Below are positions 37,505-46,105 of a stretch of 64,000 bases of DNA, in pieces. Each line of letters opens with the position of its first letter. The first letter of the stretch is position 1. A program made the translations under genes and the position numbers. The stretch comes from Patescibacteria group bacterium. Lineage in GTDB: Bacteria; Patescibacteriota; Minisyncoccia; Phycocordibacterales; GCA-2747955. Below the pieces are notes generated by a model. It had not been told where the DNA came from, did no database searches, and saw only the letters and a list, made by a program, of their open reading frames with translations. The stretch is taken from positions 139,495 to 203,494 of the forward strand of contig JBLYPV010000001.1 of NCBI GenBank assembly GCA_048538215.1. The letters are read 5' to 3'.

Positions 37505-37957
37505 ATGAGTGAGCAAATGATACCTCCACATATTCCAGATAATACTAATCGAGCGCCTGACGACAGACATCTAGGGCCAGAGCAAACTAGTGTTCTCGAC
37601 TTTAGTAAAATCGAAATTTTGGATTTATTTCATAATCGAATTATTTCAAATATCCTAAGTGATGTTGAAATTGAAAAGGATACCCGGGATTATATCCACC
37701 ATAAGTTTCGTGAAATTCTCCTTAGATATAATCATATTACAATTGAAAGTAAGGACGGAAAAGATTTTTTATCACCTCAGTGTATTCAATATATAAAAAC
37801 AAGTATCCGTAACACACTCGAACAAATATATGAATCCAACCGTGATACAGAAGATGCTCAAATTAAAAGTGAGTTCAACAACATAAATAAGTATGTGAGT
37901 GACATCCTTACCTCGCTCGAACGAGGCATACCACAAAATGTGGTAAAGCTTAGCTAA
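37505..37957 (+). CDS. Hypothetical cytoplasmic protein
   Basis: An ORF with no recognised motifs, divergent from trpS. Confidence 0.45.
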   Translation: MSEQMIPPHIPDNTNRAPDDRHLGPEQTSVLDFSKIEILDLFHNRIISNILSDVEIEKDTRDYIHHKFREILLRYNHITIESKDGKDFLSPQCIQYIKTSIRNTLEQIYESNRDTEDAQIKSEFNNINKYVSDILTSLERGIPQNVVKLS

Positions 37958-37962
37958 TATTT

Positions 37963-38631
37963 ATGCATATCAATATAGAGTCAAGCTGGAAACAAGCACT
38001 TAGCCCCTATCTACATTCTCCAGAATTTGAAAAAACTATAAAAAGAGTGCAGAAAGCTTATACGGAAGAACAAGTATTTCCAGCACAAGAAAATATATTC
38101 ACTGCTTTCAATCTTTGCCCTTTCAACGCCGTGCGAGTTGTCATCCTTGGACAAGATCCGTATCACAATCCTGGGCAAGCAATGGGACTTTCTTTTTCAG
38201 TACCAAATAATGTAGCCCTGCCTCCATCGCTACAAAATATATATAAGGAAATTAGTGGTGATATTGGTAAGCCGAGCCAGAATGCACCACAAGGCGATCT
38301 TACCTCATGGGCAAAGCAGGGCGTGCTTTTACTCAACAGCGTACTAACAGTGCGTGCACATGAAGCAGGAAGCCATCAGGATATGAACTGGCAAAGCTTT
38401 ACTGATGAAGCCATAGCAGAGCTTTCAAATAAGCGGGAGCATATTGTCTTTATGCTTTGGGGGAACTATGCGCAAAGTAAAGTAGAGCTTATTGATAGAA
38501 GCAAGCATCTCATTCTTATTGCTCCTCACCCATCTCCCCTCTCGGCCCATCGTGGATTTTTTGGATCAAAACACTTTTCGCAATGCAATCAATATCTACT
38601 GTCACACAATATTACTCCCATACTATGGTAG
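37963..38631 (+). CDS. ung: Uracil-DNA glycosylase (family 1)
   Basis: 'VVILGQDPYHNPGQAMGLSFSV' is the water-activating loop and 'LLLNSVLTV' follows. The C-terminal 'HPSPLSA' with His is present. Confidence 0.9.
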   Translation: MHINIESSWKQALSPYLHSPEFEKTIKRVQKAYTEEQVFPAQENIFTAFNLCPFNAVRVVILGQDPYHNPGQAMGLSFSVPNNVALPPSLQNIYKEISGDIGKPSQNAPQGDLTSWAKQGVLLLNSVLTVRAHEAGSHQDMNWQSFTDEAIAELSNKREHIVFMLWGNYAQSKVELIDRSKHLILIAPHPSPLSAHRGFFGSKHFSQCNQYLLSHNITPILW

Positions 38632-38640
38632 TTTTATTGC

Positions 38641-40062
38641 GTGCAGTTGTTTGATACAATAGTAGGACTATATTTATTATTATTTAAAATTATTATGCCA
38701 GCAAAAAAACAAAATAGTGCAAAGAAAGGATCGGTAAAAAAGACGAGCTCAAGTACTAATACAAGCAAGGGAAAATCTCTTTCTAAAAAGAAAGCTCCAG
38801 CTCGTACAAAGAGTGAGAAAATTGCCGATAAAGATATGATGCCAAAGATCAAAGTAATTGGCGTGGGTGGCTCGGGTAAAAATGCCGTCAATTATATGAT
38901 CAAGCATGATGTAAAAGGTGTAAAATTTGTCGCAATCAACACCGATGCTCAAGATCTTGATCAATCAAAAGCTACAAAAAAGCTTCATATCGGAAGAAAT
39001 ACTACTGCAGGTACGGGGACGGGCATGAATCCAGAGGTAGGCAAAGAGGCTGCACTAGAAAACAAAGAGGATATTATAAAAGTCCTTGAGGATAGCTCTA
39101 TTGTATTTATTACTGGTGGTATGGGAGGAGGTACTGGTACCGGTGCCAGCCCTATTATCGCTCAATTAGCGAAAGAACTTGGCATTCTCACTATTGCTGT
39201 GGTGACACAGCCATTCACCTTCGAAGGAGGTAAGCGTATGGCTTTGGCCACTGCAGGTATTGAGGAGCTCGGGCAGTATGTAGATGCTTATATCGTTATT
39301 CCCAACGATAAAATTCTCGAAGTGGCCGATGAAGAAGCCACCATGAATGATGCTTTTTCATTATCAGATGATATTTTACTACAAGCTGTCACCGGTATTT
39401 CTAATCTAATTACCACTCCAGGACGTATCAATATTGATGCTTCTGATGTCCGTACTGTTTTAGAAGATCAAGGGCTTTCGCTTGTAGGTATCGGTAAGGC
39501 CGCGGGTGAAAATCGAGCAGAAGAGGCTGCTGCTAAAGCTATCAATTCTCCCCTCTTGGATATTTCTGTCCGTGGAGCTCGATCTGTACTCTTTTCTATC
39601 ACTGCTGGAGATGATTTGAAAATGACCGAAGTATCACAAATTGCTGAGACGATTACCAAAGAGATTGACCCTGAAGCAACAGTAAAATTTGGAACTATCC
39701 GTGATCTCAAGCTGAAGAAAGGAGAAATCCGTGTGACAGTAGTAGCTTCTGGCTTTGATGCCCACGGGCGCAGCACCGAATCAAAAATTAAACAAGTAAT
39801 TATCGATGAACCAGTAGATTTTTTTAAGGAATTAGAATCCGCTAAGAATCAGACGTCTTATACTCCCCTCACTACTCCTGTAGAAGTTGGCCAGCCGACA
39901 AGCACTATTCGTGGCAAAACTACCGTACACCCTACTTCATCAGCCAAAAAAGACACTAAAGATACTCAAGCTTCCCCAAAGGATAAAGAAGCTAACAAAG
40001 CTCCTCAAGCGGAGGACGACAGTGAAGATTTTTGGTCGCTTCCTGCTTTTCTTAAAAAATAA
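38641..40062 (+). CDS. ftsZ: Cell division GTPase FtsZ with a Lys/Ser-rich N-terminal extension (start possibly at 38696)
   Basis: 'IKVIGVGGSGKNAVNYM' is present, along with the 'GGGTGTGASP' tubulin signature. The C-terminal 'DFWSLPAFLKK' is a conserved tail peptide. Confidence 0.9.
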   Translation: MQLFDTIVGLYLLLFKIIMPAKKQNSAKKGSVKKTSSSTNTSKGKSLSKKKAPARTKSEKIADKDMMPKIKVIGVGGSGKNAVNYMIKHDVKGVKFVAINTDAQDLDQSKATKKLHIGRNTTAGTGTGMNPEVGKEAALENKEDIIKVLEDSSIVFITGGMGGGTGTGASPIIAQLAKELGILTIAVVTQPFTFEGGKRMALATAGIEELGQYVDAYIVIPNDKILEVADEEATMNDAFSLSDDILLQAVTGISNLITTPGRINIDASDVRTVLEDQGLSLVGIGKAAGENRAEEAAAKAINSPLLDISVRGARSVLFSITAGDDLKMTEVSQIAETITKEIDPEATVKFGTIRDLKLKKGEIRVTVVASGFDAHGRSTESKIKQVIIDEPVDFFKELESAKNQTSYTPLTTPVEVGQPTSTIRGKTTVHPTSSAKKDTKDTQASPKDKEANKAPQAEDDSEDFWSLPAFLKK

Positions 40063-40073
40063 TTTTTCTTTTT

Positions 40074-40997
40074 ATGACTTATGATCTTATCATTATAGGC
40101 GGGGGGCCCGCTGCAGTTGCCGCAGCGGTATACGCTGCACGCAAAGGGCTTCATACTGCACTGATTACTGATTCTTTTGGTGGACAGTCTATTGTATCGC
40201 TTGATATTGAAAACTGGATTGGCGACCAGCATATCAGTGGCGAAGAATTGGCGGATAAATTAGAAGCGCATATCCGTGCTTATGAAAGCGATGATTTTCA
40301 TATTTTTACCGGAGAAAAAGCTCAATCAGTAAATAGAAATGATGATGGTAGCTTTGTTGTCACTACTAGCAAAGGAGAACACACTGCCCAAACAATTCTT
40401 GTCACCACGGGCTCTCATCGCAAGAAGCTACCTGTGGCTGGAGCTGATCAATTTGAACACAAAGGTATCACCTATTGTGCTTCTTGTGATGGCCCTTTCT
40501 TTACTGGCAAGGATGTTGTAGTGATTGGGGGTGGAAATGCTGGCTTTGAATCAGCCGCACAGCTACTTGCTTATACTAAATCAGTCACGCTCCTTCAGCG
40601 AAGTGAGAATTATCGAGCAGACGCAGTGACAGTAGAAAAGGTACTTGAACATCCAAATATGACAGGGCTAACAGGAGTGCATATCAAAGAAATCAGAGGC
40701 GACAAAATGGTAAACGAAATTGTATATGAAAAAGATGGTGAAGAGATAGTGCTTCCCACCGATGGTATTTTTGTAGAGATTGGCTCTATCCCTACCACTG
40801 GATTTGTGCAAGAAATAGTGGATTTAGATGAGCACAATAATATTGTTGTAGATCCAAAGACTCAGCGTACGACCACTACTGGCATATGGGCTGCAGGAGA
40901 TTGTACCGATGGGCTATATCACCAAAATAATATCGCTGCAGGTGATGCAGTGAAAGCTCTTGAGAATATTTATCTCTATCTCAAAGCTGGAAAATAA
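40074..40997 (+). CDS. trxB: Thioredoxin-disulfide reductase
   Basis: 'IIGGGPAAVAAAVYAARKG' is the FAD site. 'CASCDG' is the redox-active CxxC. 'GGGNAGFESAAQL' is the NADPH site. Confidence 0.9.
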   Translation: MTYDLIIIGGGPAAVAAAVYAARKGLHTALITDSFGGQSIVSLDIENWIGDQHISGEELADKLEAHIRAYESDDFHIFTGEKAQSVNRNDDGSFVVTTSKGEHTAQTILVTTGSHRKKLPVAGADQFEHKGITYCASCDGPFFTGKDVVVIGGGNAGFESAAQLLAYTKSVTLLQRSENYRADAVTVEKVLEHPNMTGLTGVHIKEIRGDKMVNEIVYEKDGEEIVLPTDGIFVEIGSIPTTGFVQEIVDLDEHNNIVVDPKTQRTTTTGIWAAGDCTDGLYHQNNIAAGDAVKALENIYLYLKAGK

Positions 40998-41081
40998 TTC
41001 TTTGTTTTTTTCGCTCCTTTGCTATAATGCCCACATAATTTTCGCAAGAGAATTGTTTCTGAGGTATGACCTTGGAAGCTC

Positions 41082-41153
41082 GGCCCCATCGTCTAACGGC
41101 TAGGACATCAGGTTCTCATCCTGGAAATCGGAGTTCGATTCTCCGTGGGGTCA
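41082..41153 (+). tRNA. tRNA-Glu (anticodon CUC)
   Basis: GGCCCCAUCGUCUAACGGCUAGGACAUCAGG-UUCUCAU-CCUGGAAAUCGGAGUUCGAUUCUCCGUGGGGUCA. The acceptor stem is 7 bp with a G-U pair and the T-loop is UUCGAUU. CCA is not encoded. Confidence 0.8.
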
Positions 41154-42670
41154 CAAAACGAGACTTCGTCTCGACTTAAGGAACGCGCCGAAGGCGCACA
41201 AGAAAAAGTAGAAGCCAAAATATGCCGTCGCGACGCGACGAATTGGGACGGGACGGGTGCGCCGAAGCGCGCGGATTTGTCACGAACCAAGGGGTTCGTT
41301 CCGACTTTTTTGACGAAGGCGGCGATTTCGGAGAAATCATAGCTGGAGGATAAAAAGGTGGCTTGTTTCGTATCTAAAATCCACTCACGCAGGGGTTCGA
41401 CCCAATTATTTCCTTGGCGGGCAAAATCTTTCTTTTCCTGCTTCAAAGTCAGTGTGGCGCGCATGATTTCGTCTTTCTTTTTAAGATACAAGTCTTTTGG
41501 TATATCGCCATCTAAGTAACTCTCCACCAGCTTATCCATGCGTGCTTCACTGGCTTTGATACTATCTGAAAGATTTTGCACACCACTTTGCGATGCAGTA
41601 CTTTCCGCTTTCTCCCATTCCTCCACTTTACCAAGCATGTATGCGGTATACGCATCGCAAAGCGAAATTGTGTGAAGCTGTTCCTTTAGTTGGTCAACGA
41701 GAACGTCCTCGCGTACATACCCTTGGGAGCATGACCCTTTCTTTTTTGTGCAACGATAATAGCGATACTTTCCTCCGCACTTGCCCGTAGCCCACTGCGC
41801 GGTGATCATGCTCCCACACTCACCACACTCGAAAATACCAACAAACGGAAAATCATGCCTCACTTTCCGCTTACGAGGACGTTCACGCTCGACCAATACC
41901 TTTTGGACAGCTTCAAACAATTTCGAGGAAATGACTGGAACAAAGCTTCCATCAAACCACTCACCATGATGACTAACGAAACCGAGGTACGCACGATTGG
42001 TCAGCATGCGTTTGATGGAAGCTTTGGCAAGTGGCGTTCCTTTACCAGTCGTTACACCGTGAAGCGCCAAAAAGTCGGCGAGCGATACTAGTCCATGTTT
42101 ACCTGTGGCGTACTCCTCAAAAGCACGCACAATAATCTTGCTATGGACTGGATGAGGTTCGATATTCCGCGTACGCGGATTATTCACATAGCCAAATGGT
42201 GCTTTTGTGAGCCACTCACCTCGCCGAACTTTTTGGCGCATCCCTCTCTTCACATTCTGCGTCAGATTGTCTGAATAGTATTTCGACTGACCGAACGCCA
42301 CTTGCAACATAAAGAGCCCCTGCGGGGTGGGTTCAAACCAAGATGTCGGAAAGCGTAAAGACGACAGCTTGCTCGTATCTACCGCGTAGATGATGCGCCC
42401 ACCATCAATACTGTTTCTCGCCAAACGGTCAGGATGCCACGCTAAAACCGCGCTTGCTTCTCCCGCTTCAATGCGCGTCATCATCTCTGCAAATTGCTCA
42501 CGACCGGGAGTCTTTGCGCTTTTCGACTCTTGAAACTCCTTTAGGATTTCAAGATTTTCTTTACGCGCAAATTCACGCAATTCAAAAAGTTGTGCCTCAA
42601 TAGACATGACCTGCTTATCATCATCTTCTTTTGATTTGCGAGCGTATAGAAAATATTTTGGTTTGGACAT
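41108..42670 (-). CDS. Large serine recombinase (resolvase-like catalytic domain, recombinase domain and zinc ribbon); start at internal 'MSKPKYFLYARKS'
   Basis: 'YARKSKEDDDKQVMSIEAQ' is the Ser catalytic motif. The middle recombinase domain is present. 'CGECGSMITAQW...YYRCTKKKGSC' is the zinc ribbon, and the C-terminus is a coiled-coil. The ORF 3' end runs through the left TIR into the tRNA-Glu 3' end. Confidence 0.85.
   Translation of the reverse strand: MSKPKYFLYARKSKEDDDKQVMSIEAQLFELREFARKENLEILKEFQESKSAKTPGREQFAEMMTRIEAGEASAVLAWHPDRLARNSIDGGRIIYAVDTSKLSSLRFPTSWFEPTPQGLFMLQVAFGQSKYYSDNLTQNVKRGMRQKVRRGEWLTKAPFGYVNNPRTRNIEPHPVHSKIIVRAFEEYATGKHGLVSLADFLALHGVTTGKGTPLAKASIKRMLTNRAYLGFVSHHGEWFDGSFVPVISSKLFEAVQKVLVERERPRKRKVRHDFPFVGIFECGECGSMITAQWATGKCGGKYRYYRCTKKKGSCSQGYVREDVLVDQLKEQLHTISLCDAYTAYMLGKVEEWEKAESTASQSGVQNLSDSIKASEARMDKLVESYLDGDIPKDLYLKKKDEIMRATLTLKQEKKDFARQGNNWVEPLREWILDTKQATFLSSSYDFSEIAAFVKKVGTNPLVRDKSARFGAPVPSQFVASRRHILASTFSCAPSARSLSRDEVSFCDPTENRTPISRMRT
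41151..41281. repeat. Left terminal inverted repeat of the recombinase element
   Basis: Aligns to the reverse complement of 42698-42828: a 17-bp perfect outer segment, a diverged middle with a shared CGCGCC-RAAGGCGC motif, and a 48-bp perfect inner core. Confidence 0.7.
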
Positions 42671-42697
42671 ATATAAAGGTTTTAGATACGAAACAAG

Positions 42698-42828
42698 GAC
42701 AAATCCGCGCGCTTCGGCGCACCCGTCCCGTCCCAATTCGTCGCGGAGCGACGAGGTATTTTGCCTGCCTGTTCTGCTCGCGCGCCTTTGGCGCGCTCGC
42801 TGACTTCGTTAGAAGTCTCGTTTTGTGA
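42698..42828. repeat. Right terminal inverted repeat of the recombinase element
   Basis: Reverse complement of 41151-41281 (see left TIR). Confidence 0.7.
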
Positions 42829-43175
42829 TGAATTACTACATGTTGCTCGAACCCATTTTGAACAATCGCGAAGCGATTGATCTTCGCACGCGCCGCGCGC
42901 GTTGTGGCTTTGAACCAAATCGTACGCTCCGATTGCGTGGTGATTCTGCGCGCCTCGCTGCCTCGCTCCTCCCCAGACCTTTCTAAAAGAAAGTAAGGAA
43001 ATTTTTTATTTTTACATGCACGCAGAGCAAGCATCCAAGGAGCGTTCAAGAGTCGCTACGCACGCAGAGCGTGCGATATAGTTCAAAGCCACCACGCGCT
43101 TCGCGCGTGCAAACTCAATCGCTTCGTGATGTGGAATAAGTTAGAGTAAAGGATATGATTTCATCACTAACATGG

Positions 43176-43205
43176 AAAAAGCCATACTAATGTATGGCTT
43201 TTTTC
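43176..43205. terminator. Bidirectional hairpin aaaaagccatac-taat-gtatggcttttt
   Basis: A perfect 12-bp stem with an A5/T6 flank lies immediately 3' of the DEAD-box helicase gene. Confidence 0.6.
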
Positions 43206-43241
43206 TATGTATAATGGCAAATATGATCAGATGCACCCTGC

Positions 43242-44468
43242 TTACTCCGCTACAAAAGTAAGCGCCTGGCCTCGCTCTGCCCCACGCCCGGTACGGCCAA
43301 TGCGGTGTACATAATCTTCAAAGGTAGAAGGTAAATCATAATTAATCACATGAGATACATTATCTACATGGATTCCTCGTGCTGCTACATCTGTAGCTAC
43401 AAGTACCCGCGAATCCCCTGCTTTGAATCGCTTGAGTGATCGCTGGCGCTGAGTATGATTTTTATTACCGTGAATTGATTCTGCTTTGATTCCACTATCA
43501 CATAATTGATTAGATAGATTCTCTACACTATGCTTCATAGCTCCAAAAATAATCACTCGACTAAAGTCATCCTGCTTAAGTAAATCAACCAGTACATCGT
43601 ATTTCGCATCCCGACCAAATCGCACTACATCTTGAGCAATGCTGTCTGTTACATCTTTTTTCTTGACCGAAATTGTAATTGGATTCTTCATAAAATCCCC
43701 AATTAGCTCCTTTGTCTTTCTATCCATGGTAGCTGAGAAGAAGAGATTCTGACGATTGTCTGTCAATTCACTTAAAATAGCTCGCATATCATGAATAAAG
43801 CCCATATCAAGCATTCTATCTGCTTCATCCAAGACTACGGAGTCAATTCGATCCACTGGGATCAAGCCCCGTGATTGCAAATCCTTTATCCGGCCTGGAG
43901 TACCAATTATAAATTGATTAGTTCTTCGTAAACCACGAATTTGTGGGCCGATGCTCGTACCTCCTACACATACGGTAGAAAAGTATCGAAAATATTTAGA
44001 TAGCAATCGTAATTCGCTATCTATTTGAATAGCAAGCTCACGAGTAGGAGTAAGGATGAGCGTAGTACCACGATGATTATGCTTGCGTCGCTCAATCAAA
44101 GGAATCAGGAAAGCAGCTGTCTTACCTGTACCTGTTTCGGCAACACCTACTATATCCTTGCCATCTAAAATAGCTGGAATTGCTTGATCTTGAATGGGTG
44201 ATGGTGTCTTTATCTGCATTTCTTCTAATGCTCGCTTAAGCTTGTCATCTATAACAAAATCAGCAAAAGCATGCTGGGGAGTATATACCTCCTCTACCGC
44301 TTCTGTAGGATTAGTATTAATAAATCGAGTAGGATCAAATGTAGGCATAGTTCTCTGTCTACCTCCTCGTCGATTAGATGAATATGAGCGTCTGTTCCCT
44401 CCCCCTCTCTGTGCATAGGCACCTCTTGAGGCATGCGGACGCACTCGTCGTTGTTGTGTTGTGTACAT
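43242..44468 (-). CDS. DEAD-box ATP-dependent RNA helicase with an Arg/Gly-rich N-terminus
   Basis: 'TPSPIQ' is the Q motif, 'AETGTGKTAAF' motif I, 'VLDEADRMLDMGF' motif II, 'SAT' motif III and 'HRIGRTGRG' motif VI. Confidence 0.9.
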   Translation of the reverse strand: MYTTQQRRVRPHASRGAYAQRGGGNRRSYSSNRRGGRQRTMPTFDPTRFINTNPTEAVEEVYTPQHAFADFVIDDKLKRALEEMQIKTPSPIQDQAIPAILDGKDIVGVAETGTGKTAAFLIPLIERRKHNHRGTTLILTPTRELAIQIDSELRLLSKYFRYFSTVCVGGTSIGPQIRGLRRTNQFIIGTPGRIKDLQSRGLIPVDRIDSVVLDEADRMLDMGFIHDMRAILSELTDNRQNLFFSATMDRKTKELIGDFMKNPITISVKKKDVTDSIAQDVVRFGRDAKYDVLVDLLKQDDFSRVIIFGAMKHSVENLSNQLCDSGIKAESIHGNKNHTQRQRSLKRFKAGDSRVLVATDVAARGIHVDNVSHVINYDLPSTFEDYVHRIGRTGRGAERGQALTFVAE

Positions 44469-44661
44469 ATATAATATTATTTAGTGAGTACAATATTAAT
44501 TATATGTACTCATTATTTTTGAGTGCAGGTGGTAATAAGAGACAAGATAGGATCGTGTCGGCACTAATGAGCCCTACACGAGTTTCAATAGTCGTACCAT
44601 AATGCTATACAAAAGTAGAAAAGTCAAGCTCGTAGTGTGGAATAACTATATCTTTATGATA

Positions 44662-44751
44662 TGGCGGAGGAGGAGGGATTCGAACCCTCGATGCGGGTTA
44701 GCGCATACTCGATTTCGAATCGAGCGCATTCAGCCTCTCTGCCACTCCTCC
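44662..44751 (-). tRNA. tRNA-Ser (anticodon CGA), long variable arm, CCA encoded
   Basis: The reverse complement reads GGAGGAGUGGCAGAGAGGCUGAAUGCG-CUCGA-UUCGAAA-UCGAG-UAUGCGCUAACCCGCAUC-GAGGGUUCGAAUCCCUCCUCCUCCGCCA. Confidence 0.8.
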
Positions 44752-44788
44752 ATATTTACTTTCCTGATACTTTATCAAATTTATTTAT

Positions 44789-46102
44789 TCAATCAATCTC
44801 TTTGATATCTTTAATACGCTCATTCTGCTGGGGATCAATTAAAAAGCCTTTCAAATCCTTCCGCCCTATAATTACATCACTACGTAAGTGCTCCCTATCA
44901 GTGACAGAAATAAGTGTAGGAATTTTTCTATTTTTAATCGAGAGTACCACTTCAGCTGTTTCACGAATAGCAGTACCTGTCGCGCTACGCACATGGATCA
45001 TTCTTGGTGTAGTCTCGAGCTTTAGTTTATTTGCAAGTTCTTGGTCAATCGAAGTGCGATAAGCCCCCGTATCTATCTTTGCTTCTATTTGTACATCTTT
45101 GCCGTTTTGCGGATTAAAAATCCCAACTTGCTCAAAGATGCCGATTATATTTGCATTCTTATCTTTTGATACTTTTTGTGAAAAATTTTCTGTAAATAAA
45201 TTTTTCCCAATTTCTATACCTCGTTTTATATCTGGTTTTGGGGTAATATTTGTCACACGCTTTAATCGTTCCCAAAGAGAAGCTCGACACACAGATTGAA
45301 TAGACAGTCCTGGTCGAGCATTAATTTCAATAACTAACGGACCTTTGTTTTTATCCAAAATTATATCAATACCTGCAAAGCCAAGCTTGCTAGCATTTGC
45401 TGATTGTACAGCTTGTTCTAATACCTCCTCCCACATTGGTATTTTTATACCTCTAAGTTTTATACGCGTACCAGGAAATAATCTAATAGTTTTGCCTCGT
45501 TGCCAACCGCTTGTAGTAATACCTGTTGATATATCGATCCCAAGCCCCACTGCGCCTTGAGTCAAATTGGCCTTGCCTTCTGAGATTATTGTTGGTATTC
45601 TCATCATTGCCATTACAGGCACTCCAGAAAATACGATAACCCTAATATCAGGCGTGCCGTATATGGGGATTTTCTTAAAAAACTTCATAGGCACAATTCG
45701 CTCTTCAATAAAAGCTTTATCTGCCAAGGAACTAAGCGAAAACATTCCCATAATGATATCGAAGATGTGTGATTCTAAGTCCTGTACACTAATATGCTCT
45801 CCATCCTCTGTAATACCTGATATTCCATCCCACTTTTTTACTAAAATTATTCCACCTCCTCCATACCCTCTCGCTGGTTTTACCACAAAACTTTTGGGTA
45901 ATTGATACCAATCAAAATCTCTTACATTTTTAACAGAATTAAAACTTGCTAATAGTGCTGGAGTATTGAGTCCCTTTTGTAAAAGTAAACGCTTTGTTTT
46001 CAGTTTATCATCTGCATTTTGTTTAGCATGCGATTTATTATATGGCAAAATGTACAAAAAATTGCGCGCATTCATTCCTAGGGGTGGTTGGCTGCCATTC
46101 AT
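44789..46102 (-). CDS. RimK-like ATP-grasp ligase fused to a C-terminal retropepsin-like aspartic protease domain (DUF785/'Zn_protease' type)
   Basis: The ATP-grasp part carries 'FVVKPARGYGGGGIILV' as the Gly-rich ATP loop and 'LVIEINARPGLSIQ' as the C-terminal grasp motif. The C-terminal ~120 aa carry 'EAKIDTGAYRTSID', a D-T/S-G aspartyl protease signature. Confidence 0.7.
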   Translation of the reverse strand: MNGSQPPLGMNARNFLYILPYNKSHAKQNADDKLKTKRLLLQKGLNTPALLASFNSVKNVRDFDWYQLPKSFVVKPARGYGGGGIILVKKWDGISGITEDGEHISVQDLESHIFDIIMGMFSLSSLADKAFIEERIVPMKFFKKIPIYGTPDIRVIVFSGVPVMAMMRIPTIISEGKANLTQGAVGLGIDISTGITTSGWQRGKTIRLFPGTRIKLRGIKIPMWEEVLEQAVQSANASKLGFAGIDIILDKNKGPLVIEINARPGLSIQSVCRASLWERLKRVTNITPKPDIKRGIEIGKNLFTENFSQKVSKDKNANIIGIFEQVGIFNPQNGKDVQIEAKIDTGAYRTSIDQELANKLKLETTPRMIHVRSATGTAIRETAEVVLSIKNRKIPTLISVTDREHLRSDVIIGRKDLKGFLIDPQQNERIKDIKEID

Positions 46103-46105
46103 ATA

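Larger units (their letters stand above)
41151..42828. mobile_element. GC-rich ~1.68-kb element at the 3' end of tRNA-Glu: a single large serine recombinase gene bounded by ~130-bp imperfect terminal inverted repeats
   Basis: The outer 17-bp arms are tcacaaaacgagacttc (41151-41167) and its reverse complement (42812-42828). The inner cores are perfect 48-bp copies at 41234-41281 and 42698-42745. The matching translation 'ATNWDGTGAPKRADLS' on both strands in the ORF track confirms the inverted repeat. GC content is far above the flanks. Confidence 0.55.

Noticed and set aside
38634-38891. 85-aa minus-strand ORF between ung and ftsZ
   Set aside because: It overlaps the ung stop and the ftsZ start/extension region. 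The hydrophobic, low-complexity translation looks like an antisense artefact.
42621-43049. 142-aa minus-strand ORF right of the recombinase
   Set aside because: It overlaps the recombinase N-terminus and runs through the right inverted repeat. Its Arg-rich low-complexity translation is typical of GC-rich non-coding DNA.
44602-45062. Plus-strand ORFs 44602-44805 and 44661-45062
   Set aside because: They overlap tRNA-Ser and are antisense to the well-supported ATP-grasp-protease gene.
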